From Bacillota bacterium (lineage in GTDB: Bacteria; Bacillota; JAAYKD01): a stretch of 64,000 nucleotides of DNA. Below the pieces are notes generated by a model, which was not told where the DNA came from, searched no databases, and saw only the letters and a program-made list of their open reading frames with translations. Position 1 is the stretch's first letter. Each line of letters opens with the position of its first letter. The stretch lies in the NCBI GenBank assembly GCA_963666425.2, contig OY762825.2, positions 1,440,001 through 1,504,000 of the forward strand, in the 5' to 3' direction. The position numbers and the translations under genes are program-made. Below are positions 9,909-18,182 of the stretch, piece after piece.

Positions 9909-10999
9909 TTATACCTTTGCTTCTCTAAAACTCAAAAGTTCAATACTCTTGTACCAATAAAAATAAGCTTCCGGATCAAACTTCATAATGGACTTGAATT
10001 TTTTGAAATCAGGATGTTCGATGACAAATTCTCTTAGGTCTATTTTAGGATTGAATTTCTCAACCTCAGAAATATCATACTTTAAAAGAAGAGCCAGGTA
10101 TGCTGCCTTAGAAGCACTATTAACAGCATTTTCCAAAATGTAATTCTTAGAAAAGATGTAGTCCTTTATTCTATTCACTCCGGTTTGTAATTGAGCAAAG
10201 GTCTCCTTTTCAATCCGTCCTCTTTCACTTAAAATCTTTGAGGTTTCAAATATATCATTAAGAACATCCGCATAAGATAGATCTTCGTCTTTTTTTCTGT
10301 ATGTTAATTCTTGTTTTGCCATATGCCTAAAAGTATTCCTTACGTCATCTATATCTTCCATTTCGTCAAATAAGTTACCTACATCAAACAGTTGCTTTAT
10401 GATTTCCAATTCTTTGTTTTTCCCATAGGGTATGCCTGTAGTATTCGGTGCATAGGCTGTAAGTTTGTCACCGAGGATACAGTCGACACTCGGCATTGTT
10501 ACTTTCACTGCTGGTTCTGAGTACTCAATTAAGCTACAGTCAATAATTTTTTCTATTACTTTTACATAGTGGCTTTTATCAAAGAGCACATCTAGTAGAA
10601 TATAGCTTTCTTCACCGTCAAGAACCGATGTATAGACCATTTTATAATGAGCTTTAGGTACTTCATTATTTCCTTGTCTAACATTCTCCTCAAAGCGAAT
10701 AAAAATCTCACTTCCCTCTACGATTTTAGAAAGCACCTCTTCCATGTCAATATCCTGCTTCTTTTCCTCTATAATGATGTCAATATCAATTGAAAACCTA
10801 TGCATTTTATTGAGCAACAGTAATAACGATGTCCCACCTTTGAATATGAATTTTAAGTCCGTTCTTGCCAGCTCTTCTAATAAGTGAAGTGCTTTGGTTA
10901 CTTTTTCAATAAGCGTAGGATCTGCTTTTTTTTCCCTCTCACATATTGACTGCTTTTCTTTAATATCCATTCTTTTGTGTAAGTTGTCTCATTTATCAT
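9909..10999 (-). CDS. AbiEii/AbiGii-family nucleotidyltransferase toxin (type IV TA); 5' end out of frame at an A8 run
   Basis: FIFKGGTSLLL, RFSIDIDI, GDKLTA, KQLFD motifs. RBS-preceded ATG at 10999 is in a different frame and joins the main ORF by a -1 shift at 10926-10933. Confidence 0.85.
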
Positions 11000-11008
11000 T
11001 TGTGCACC

Positions 11009-11758
11009 TCACATTAATAATTCGTCTTCCTCAATATCAGTCTCCTTTTTAAGAAAAAAAATCAATCTATCCTTTACATGTCTCTTGTTGGCATACTGCC
11101 CTAATGTTGACTGGTTGATATTGAAAATCTTAAAAAACTCCTGAAATATATTCTGAAGCTCTGCTCCTTGATAGGTGGCGAACAACTCATCATCCGTAAA
11201 AATATCTACCATGATCTTCTCAATTGTAGGAACTTTTAAATCTTCTCTTTCTGTCAAAGGTGATGTCATCGTAAGTTTTTTTATGATAATATTGTTTTGA
11301 CCGGATATTACATAATTCTCTACTTCAAACTTTCCTGGGTTTAAGTAGACATCTCTATACGATTCTTTCAGAAAGGCAAATACCGCAGGTGCAGCATCCT
11401 TCTCTACTTCCAAGATTATGTTGCTGCTGAATGCCTGATGTACCATGTAGTTATTCAACCACGAAGTCTCCCAGATAGCCACATCCGTATAAGGAAACTG
11501 TTTTTTAACTTTCACAAACAAACTGGTGAGTTTTCTATCTATTGCCGGTTCAAAATCTTTTTTGCTATTTGTTGCATAAACACCTTTCTTCAGCGTGCTG
11601 ATTACTCCATCATTTTTTAGAGTATAAACCCTCGACCTAAAAGTTGTTTTCTTTAAGTCCGGCTCACAATCTGCATAAAAACGATACAAATCATTACTAC
11701 TAAATGGTTTATCACCGAAATATATCTTTATTTCTTTTGTTCTTAACTTATCATTCAT
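11009..11758 (-). CDS. AbiEi-like antitoxin (winged-helix N-terminus, DUF6577-like)
   Basis: N-terminal wHTH (TFRSRVYTLKNDGVISTLKKGVY), C-terminal VPTIEKIMVD; directly upstream of the AbiEii gene; start set at MNDK after GGAG. Confidence 0.75.
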   Translation of the reverse strand: MNDKLRTKEIKIYFGDKPFSSNDLYRFYADCEPDLKKTTFRSRVYTLKNDGVISTLKKGVYATNSKKDFEPAIDRKLTSLFVKVKKQFPYTDVAIWETSWLNNYMVHQAFSSNIILEVEKDAAPAVFAFLKESYRDVYLNPGKFEVENYVISGQNNIIIKKLTMTSPLTEREDLKVPTIEKIMVDIFTDDELFATYQGAELQNIFQEFFKIFNINQSTLGQYANKRHVKDRLIFFLKKETDIEEDELLM

Positions 11759-11783
11759 TACAATCATCTCCATTTCAGAACCC

Positions 11784-11885
11784 AACATAAGGAGCATTTT
11801 AAATTTTAGCTCCTTATGTTTAACTATCGAAATCACTATTTTCTACCCAACATACGGAGCCTTTTTTATTTTTGCTCCTTATGTT
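11784..11885. promoter_or_regulatory. Two palindromic operators AACATAAGGAGC-N13-GCTCCTTATGTT (probable AbiEi autorepression sites)
   Basis: 11784-11820 (perfect) and 11849-11885 (one mismatch), between the promoter and the abiEi start. Confidence 0.75.
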
Positions 11886-11896
11886 TGGTTGTTACA

Positions 11897-11925
11897 ATTA
11901 TATAACAAATGATTTTATTATGCAA
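11897..11925 (-). promoter_or_regulatory. Sigma-A promoter of the abiE operon
   Basis: TTGCAT-N17-TATAAT on the minus strand. Confidence 0.7.
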
Positions 11926-11984
11926 GAATTAAATCAAACATTCGGATCGGATGACCAACTATCGAGCAATTTTTCAGATGACAG

Positions 11985-12170
11985 CATAAAGTCCTTTACA
12001 TCACGTTTTGAACCGCTACCCAATTGAACCATTTTCGTGGTCTCACGGAAATGGGTGGCCGCCTCTATTCCTATAATCTAGCAGGTACCTATTGCACGAG
12101 AAATTGCATTATCGTAATTTTCCCATCGCTCAGAGCCGAGTAACGGCATCAACTCTCTGGCAAACCAAAA
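11985..12170 (-). pseudogene. dinD: DNA-damage-inducible protein D, N-terminal fragment with internal stop
   Basis: FWFARELMPLLGSERWENYDNAISRAIGTC*..HFRETTKMVQLGSGSKRDVKDFML. Confidence 0.75.
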
Positions 12171-12194
12171 TGTGAAATAAGACCTAGCTATAAC

Positions 12195-12235
12195 AAAAAT
12201 CCAATCAGAGCCTAGGCAGTTCTGATTGGATTTTT
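12195..12235 (-). terminator. Intrinsic terminator after transketolase
   Basis: AAAAATCCAATCAGA..TCTGATTGGATTTTT inverted repeat. Confidence 0.8.
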
Positions 12236-12282
12236 ATATGTTTAATATTTATAGGGTTATCGGCTTATTCTTTTCAAACTGA

Positions 12283-13236
12283 CTACTTTCTCGCTAACGC
12301 ATCCTTCGCCGCCTGCACAATATGAGCGGCTGTCAAACCGTATTTTTCCAACAGTGCGTCTGGTTTGCCGGATTCGCCAAAGGTGTCGTTGATGCCAACT
12401 CTTTGCAGCGGAGCCGGGTATTGTTCGGCCAGCAGTTCTGCTACGGCGCTGCCCAGGCCATTGATAATGCTGTGTTCTTCCGCAGTCACAATGGCGCCGG
12501 TTTTCTGCACGGAGGCAAGAATGGTGGCGCTGTCAAACGGTTTGATAAAGGGCACATTAATCACTTCGGCCGTAATGCCTTCTGCCGCCAGCAGATCGGC
12601 CGCTTCCAGTGCGAGTGCGGTCATCATGCCGGTGGCAGCCAGGGTAATGTCTTTGCCTTGGCGCAGGACATTGGCTTTGCCCCATTCCAGTTTATAATCG
12701 TCGCCGAAGAGGACCGGTATGGCGGAGCGGCCCATGCGGATGTAGACCGGGCCCTGATAAGCGGCAGCCAGGCGAACCGCCGCGGCTGTTTCCACTGCAT
12801 CGGCGGGTGCAATCACCACCATATTGGGAATGCCGCGCATCAAGCCGAGATCTTCCACCGATTGATGGGTGGCGCCGTCTTCTCCCACGGTCAACCCGGC
12901 ATGGGTGGCCACAATTTTTACGTTCATTTTAGGGTAAGCCACCGAGTTGCGGATTTGGTCATAAGCGCGGCCGGTCATAAAGATGGCAAAGGTGCTGATA
13001 AAGGGCGTCTTGCCGCTGGCAGCCAAGCCGGCGGCGATGCCGGTCATATCGGCTTCGGCAATGCCGCAGCTGAAAAAGCGTTCCGGATACACCTTGGCAA
13101 AACCGATGGTCAAGGTGGAGGTGGCCACATCGGCATCCAGAACAACAATATTAGGGTTTTCGGCGCCAAGCGCAATTAAGGTTTCCTGATAGGCCTCACG
13201 GGCTGCTTTAAGTGTTGTCATCTTAATCTCCTTCAC
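12283..13236 (-). CDS. tktB: Transketolase, C-terminal subunit
   Basis: GIAEADM, VGEDGATHQ, EEHSIINGLGS motifs. Confidence 0.93.
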   Translation of the reverse strand: MKEIKMTTLKAAREAYQETLIALGAENPNIVVLDADVATSTLTIGFAKVYPERFFSCGIAEADMTGIAAGLAASGKTPFISTFAIFMTGRAYDQIRNSVAYPKMNVKIVATHAGLTVGEDGATHQSVEDLGLMRGIPNMVVIAPADAVETAAAVRLAAAYQGPVYIRMGRSAIPVLFGDDYKLEWGKANVLRQGKDITLAATGMMTALALEAADLLAAEGITAEVINVPFIKPFDSATILASVQKTGAIVTAEEHSIINGLGSAVAELLAEQYPAPLQRVGINDTFGESGKPDALLEKYGLTAAHIVQAAKDALARK

Positions 13237-14051
13237 TCCGCCAATTCCGCCAGCGCCAGCGCCAGTTGTTCTGCATTGGGCGCGGTGCCATGCCAGGACG
13301 CTTTGTTTTCCATAAAGGAAATCCCTTTGCCCTTGACCGTATGGGCTAAAATAAGGGTTGGTTTTTCGGTTTCGCGGCGGGCGGCGGCAAAACCTCGGCG
13401 AATGTCGTCGAAATTATGGCCGTCAATTTCTACCACGTTCCAACCAAAGGCCAAGTATTTTTCTATTAAGGGGAATACGCTCATCACGTCGCAGACTTTT
13501 CCGGTGATCTGCAGATCATTGTTGTCTAAGATTGCCGTCAGGTTTGCCAAATTATAATGGCCGGCCGTCATGGCAGCCTCCCAAATTTGCCCTTCCTGCT
13601 GTTCGCCATCGCCCATCACCGCGTAAATCCGGCTGCTGCGCTGGTCCATCCGAGCCGCCAAAGCCATGCCGACGGCTATGGAAAGGCCCTGCCCCAGCGA
13701 ACCGCTGGTGAAGTCAACCCCGGGCGTTTTGTTCATATCGGGATGTCCCTGCAGACGGCTGTTGATCTGCCGAAAGGTCATCAGCTCCGCTTTGGGGAAA
13801 TAACCCCTGGCTGAGAGGGTGGCGTAATAAACCGGCGTGGCGTGCCCTTTGCTGAGCACAAAGCGGTCGCGGTTGGGGTCACGGGGGTTCTTCGGATCAA
13901 TCTGCATTTCTTCAAAATAAAGGACGCTCAGCAGTTCCACCAAAGATAAGGAACCACCGGGATGACCGGATTTAGCTGTGGCGACCATTTTCACAATGTC
14001 GCGCCGGGTTTCTTTGGCAAGGGCAAAGAGGTCGGTTTGCATTTGTTTCAC
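13233..14051 (-). CDS. tktA: Transketolase, N-terminal (TPP-binding) subunit
   Basis: SGHPGGSLS, DRFVLSKGH, GSLGQG, GDGEQQEG..DNN. Confidence 0.93.
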   Translation of the reverse strand: MKQMQTDLFALAKETRRDIVKMVATAKSGHPGGSLSLVELLSVLYFEEMQIDPKNPRDPNRDRFVLSKGHATPVYYATLSARGYFPKAELMTFRQINSRLQGHPDMNKTPGVDFTSGSLGQGLSIAVGMALAARMDQRSSRIYAVMGDGEQQEGQIWEAAMTAGHYNLANLTAILDNNDLQITGKVCDVMSVFPLIEKYLAFGWNVVEIDGHNFDDIRRGFAAARRETEKPTLILAHTVKGKGISFMENKASWHGTAPNAEQLALALAELAE

Positions 14052-14157
14052 ACTCCTGCTTTCTTTTATCGGTTTGTGCCGGATTGCTTGTTTCTGAAGC
14101 CTTTTCGCAGGCGAACAAGCGAATCCCTTTTTGTATTTTCAATCCTGTTGAAAGCGG

Positions 14158-14901
14158 CTATTTCTTATTTGCCGCTCTTTTTTGCTTTTTTACTTCCCGC
14201 ATGAATTTGGGGATGGCCAGCAATCGTCCCATACGTTTGGGGTCGCGCAAAGCCCGGTAAAGCCATTCCATGCGAATGGATTGAATCCAGTGCGGCGCCC
14301 GCTTTTCCACGCCGGCCATGACATTAAAACTGCCGCCCACCCCGATGCAGACAGGCACGTTCAATTCTTTCAGGTGTTTCTGAATCCACAATTCCGCCGG
14401 GCGTGGTTTACCCAAAGCGCAGAAGAGCATATCTACTTTTGCTTCGGCAATGGTTTTAATCATGATGGCTTCTTCCGTTTCATCAAAATAGCCGTCATGG
14501 GTGCCGCATACCACCAAACCGGGGTAGCGCGTCACCGCCTGGATCACCGCTTTTTCCGCCACACCGGGCGCCGCGCCTAAAAAGTAGGTGCGGTATTTTT
14601 TTCCGGCCGCTACTCGCAGCATTTCCTGCATTAAGTCGTAACCGGCCACCCGTTCCGGCAAAGGGCTACCCAGTTCCCGTGCGGCCCAAAGAATCCCGCT
14701 GCCATCGGGCACCAGCAGATCCGCCTTTTTTAAGGCCCGGCCGAATTCTTTTTCTTGCAGGCCGTTCCAGGCAATTTCCGGATTGATGGTGACGATATGC
14801 GACGGCGTGCGTTTTTCAATGCGCTTTTCTACCCAGGCTACCGCCTCCGGCATGGTCAGGCCGCTGACCTGAAAGCCAACAATATTCACCGTTTTATTCA
14901 T
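14158..14901 (-). CDS. tagA: WecB/TagA/CpsF glycosyltransferase (N-acetylmannosaminyltransferase)
   Basis: VTINPE, PDGSG, ERVAGYDL, GVGGSF, RAP..MEWLYR; start trimmed to MNKT, which overlaps the csaB stop. Confidence 0.9.
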   Translation of the reverse strand: MNKTVNIVGFQVSGLTMPEAVAWVEKRIEKRTPSHIVTINPEIAWNGLQEKEFGRALKKADLLVPDGSGILWAARELGSPLPERVAGYDLMQEMLRVAAGKKYRTYFLGAAPGVAEKAVIQAVTRYPGLVVCGTHDGYFDETEEAIMIKTIAEAKVDMLFCALGKPRPAELWIQKHLKELNVPVCIGVGGSFNVMAGVEKRAPHWIQSIRMEWLYRALRDPKRMGRLLAIPKFMREVKKQKRAANKK

Positions 14902-16060
14902 GGCGATCCTCCTCAATGGCGGCAAAAGCCAATTGCGCGCTGAGCATGGCCTGCTCGCGTAACTGATTGAGGGTTCGCAGTTCCGCTTCGCCCAAAGTGC
15001 TGCCGCTGTCCAATTGTGCTGTTACCAACGCATACAATTCTTCGCTTCGCAAATCCAAAATATTACCGGCGATGGTTTGCTGCACGCGCCGGGCAAAATG
15101 ATCCACTTTGGGATCATAGCGAATGGCAATGGCTTTGGTTTGCGCCACCGCCGCAAAAACCAGGGCATGCAGCCGCACGCCAATCAGCAAATCACAGGCG
15201 TCAATCAGGGAGATGACTTCCTCCACATGATGCCCGGTGGGTAAGACAGCGGTTTGTTGCTGGTTCTTCATGCGGGCCAGGATGGCTCTCGATATTTTCT
15301 CATCATCATTTTCCTGCATGGGAATAAAGACGATGCGCGCGTTTCTTTCTGCGACCAATCGGTCTAAGGTGAGCGCCAGTTGTTCCACCCATTTTTCGTT
15401 GTCACCCCAGGGGCGAACGGAGACGCCAATCAGCGGGCCGCTGCCCGGCTGCAGCTGCAATTGCTGCAGCAGCTGCTCGCCTAATTTGGCTTCCGGCCGG
15501 GGAAACAGGAGCACCGGGTCAGCGGAGAGTTGAATGCGCTCGGCTTTTAAGCCAAGCCGCTGCAGTTCTTCCACCGATTCGGCATCGCGCACCGTAATTG
15601 CCCTGGCGCGTTTTAAGATCAGCGAGGTCAGGCGTCGGTTCCACTTGCCGTTCAAGGGTCCGATGCCTTGCGCATAGATCATGAAAGGGCAGCGGTGCAA
15701 AATCGCCAACAGCAAAATGGCCAGATAATAGCGCAGGCTGCGTGAACTGGTCACGTCCTGTAAGAGACTGCCGCCGCCGCTGATCAGCAAATCACTGCTG
15801 CCCAAGGCATGCCAAATGGCGGCAAAGTCGGTGCGCGAGAGAGAACGCACACCGTGGCTCTGCCGGGTGACATTCGGATTCGCCGATAAAACGGTCAGCT
15901 CCGCCGCGCTGTTCTGCTGCAGCAGGGCTTTCTGCACGGAAGTCAGAATGGCTTCGTCGCCCAGATTGCTGAAACCGTAATAACCGGAAATTAAAATCCG
16001 CGCCGCTCTCGCAGCTCCAGGCCGCTCTGCTGCTTTAGAGTTCTGTTTGCTTGTTGTCAT
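14894..16060 (-). CDS. csaB: Polysaccharide pyruvyl transferase CsaB
   Basis: ISGYYGFSNLGDEAIL, SGGGSLLQDVTS, YAQGIGP, RLHAL, YDPKV. Confidence 0.92.
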   Translation of the reverse strand: MTTSKQNSKAAERPGAARAARILISGYYGFSNLGDEAILTSVQKALLQQNSAAELTVLSANPNVTRQSHGVRSLSRTDFAAIWHALGSSDLLISGGGSLLQDVTSSRSLRYYLAILLLAILHRCPFMIYAQGIGPLNGKWNRRLTSLILKRARAITVRDAESVEELQRLGLKAERIQLSADPVLLFPRPEAKLGEQLLQQLQLQPGSGPLIGVSVRPWGDNEKWVEQLALTLDRLVAERNARIVFIPMQENDDEKISRAILARMKNQQQTAVLPTGHHVEEVISLIDACDLLIGVRLHALVFAAVAQTKAIAIRYDPKVDHFARRVQQTIAGNILDLRSEELYALVTAQLDSGSTLGEAELRTLNQLREQAMLSAQLAFAAIEEDRHE

Positions 16061-18182
16061 CACTTGGTTCCTCCCAATATCGTTTCCGGAGCCAAAGCGC
16101 AAATCTCATCACAAAATAAGCGCCGAGCCCCAGGCAAACGCCCAGTAAGATGCCCCAGAGGCCACGCTCAATAGCAATCATCATTCCGGAACGCACATGA
16201 GCAAAGGAATTCACCACGGAGACCCAACCAACGGTTGCCATGGCCAGCAGCGGTCCCACCAGGAAGGCAAAGCCGGCGGCTAAAATGCCGGGGATCAGCA
16301 GAGACGCCGGGTAGCCGATCAGGAATTCCTTGATCCGCGGTCTTGCTACCAAGACCTTCTCCAAGAACGCGCGCATCTGCAGCTCCAGGGGGCTGATGCT
16401 GCTGACGGCAGCGTTGCCGGAACGCAGCAGATAATAATAAGCGGCAAAGAGAGCGACTCCGGTGATCGTCAGCCACATCACACTAATCGGGCTGCCGAAT
16501 AAACTCTTGATATCGCTGCGAATTTCCAGCCAGCCGCGTTTGCCGGCCGGTTTGTGGAAGCTGTAACCGTAACGCAGGAAGAACCACAACCCTAAGATCA
16601 GCAGCGGCAGGATGAAGCCGGCTTTTACACCGCGGAAATACTGCAGTTCCAGCATAAAGTTGTTGTCACTCATCATGATTCCCAGCAAAATACCGCCGTT
16701 CAGGGCAATCAGGAAGCTGCCGAGAGCCGCTTTGATGCCATAAAACAGGACACCGCCGGTTTTTAAATTTTTCGGCATTTCTTCCAGGTAGCGCATGGCA
16801 AAAATACCCGCCAGGACCGGATAAAGCACCTGCACCGCAAAGGCAAGCAACTGCCGCAGCGTTACCCAGCTGCCGGCGACCGTGCCGCCGGAGCGGGCCA
16901 GATAACCAACCGCCAGGGCTGCCGCAGCGGCGAGTGCCGATAAGATCAGCCAGTACTTGGTTTTGCCTTCCACACCCCACTGCATTAAAAGCAAGACAGC
17001 GGAAAGCGCCAAGGCCAAGGGAAGCAGGATCATGCGTCCGGCTAAATGGAACGATTCAATCGAACGCGCCGCCCCCACGGTATAACCGGAGTTTTCAATA
17101 CTGGCGACCGCGGTTTTCACCATGGCCTGATTCTTGCTGAGGATTTCACTGGTAATCACGGAACCGTTGGTAAAGAGCCGCAGATACATGATCCGTATGT
17201 TGCGGTCTACCGCAGAGCGCTGCCAGCGTTCCGCAATGCCGTCATAGGTCAGCCAATTCTTTTTATCCAATTCCGCCCGCTGGATGGAATAGACGCGGAC
17301 CGCCTGAAAATCCGTTGCCTGCAGCAGCGCGCTGTCGCCGGTCAAACGCAGACTGTCCAATTGGGTGGCATTTTCTACCAAACCGTAATTCCAGCCGTAT
17401 TGGTTGAGAATCTCTATAAAAGCGTTGAAAGCGCCATCTTGTGGGATTTTCTCATACGCCACACCGCTAAAATCGGTGGTGCCGGGCAGCACTTTACCGG
17501 TAGCAATGATATTCGAAACCTTGCCGCAGGCAATCAGCGGCTGATAAAGAGCACGCAGCTGCGCCGCTGTGATGCCGGGCATTTCTGCGGGCCGCGGTTC
17601 AATCAGGAAGCCCAACGCCAGATATTCCTGCAGTTCGGTTTGGTCATACCACAAACCGGCTGTTTTATAAACATCCCAATAAGCGGAAGGAATTTCTAAG
17701 ATCCCCATCTTGTCGTTCTGAAAGCTGCGCCAGCCAAAATGCTGAATCGGACCGGACAACGACGCGGTGATTTGAGCAAACATCGTCAGGTTCTCCGTGA
17801 CGACATAGCGGCTCATCGTTTTTAAATTGTTCTGCAAAAGCAGAGCAAAGCTGCTTTGCCCGTCGGTACGCAGCGCATTCGCCGCTTCAGGATAATCCAA
17901 CACGGTCAGATCGCCGCGCTTCTCCAGATCTTCAAAGGTTTTCTGATTCAGCGTAGCCGTGGTCGCGCCGGCGGCTTTAAACCCAGCCAGCGCATCCAGA
18001 TATGCTTGCCGATCGCCGTAACCCGCGGCGGCGAAATAGATCTCTTCGGTATCCAGAGAGATCTCGACCGATTTGGCCTTGCCTTCTGTCTGAATTCTCT
18101 CATAAGCGGTAAACCAGACAGGCAGCATCGAGAGTACAATCAGTAGAATCAGAAGTTTTTGCAGACGTTTAAAATTAAGCAT
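16035..18182 (-). CDS. DUF5693-family membrane protein (paralogue 2)
   Basis: DRNIRIMYL, FRGVK, RSGN, RPRIKEFLIGYP, NSFAH motifs; csaB-linked. Confidence 0.8.
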   Translation of the reverse strand: MLNFKRLQKLLILLIVLSMLPVWFTAYERIQTEGKAKSVEISLDTEEIYFAAAGYGDRQAYLDALAGFKAAGATTATLNQKTFEDLEKRGDLTVLDYPEAANALRTDGQSSFALLLQNNLKTMSRYVVTENLTMFAQITASLSGPIQHFGWRSFQNDKMGILEIPSAYWDVYKTAGLWYDQTELQEYLALGFLIEPRPAEMPGITAAQLRALYQPLIACGKVSNIIATGKVLPGTTDFSGVAYEKIPQDGAFNAFIEILNQYGWNYGLVENATQLDSLRLTGDSALLQATDFQAVRVYSIQRAELDKKNWLTYDGIAERWQRSAVDRNIRIMYLRLFTNGSVITSEILSKNQAMVKTAVASIENSGYTVGAARSIESFHLAGRMILLPLALALSAVLLLMQWGVEGKTKYWLILSALAAAAALAVGYLARSGGTVAGSWVTLRQLLAFAVQVLYPVLAGIFAMRYLEEMPKNLKTGGVLFYGIKAALGSFLIALNGGILLGIMMSDNNFMLELQYFRGVKAGFILPLLILGLWFFLRYGYSFHKPAGKRGWLEIRSDIKSLFGSPISVMWLTITGVALFAAYYYLLRSGNAAVSSISPLELQMRAFLEKVLVARPRIKEFLIGYPASLLIPGILAAGFAFLVGPLLAMATVGWVSVVNSFAHVRSGMMIAIERGLWGILLGVCLGLGAYFVMRFALWLRKRYWEEPSDDNKQTEL

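Larger units (their letters stand above)
1..12190. mobile_element. AT-rich accessory/defence island downstream of transketolase (left end outside window)
   Basis: Visible compositional shift from the core, defence-type genes, gene relics, duplicated tkt 3' end; no integrase seen within the window. Confidence 0.6.
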
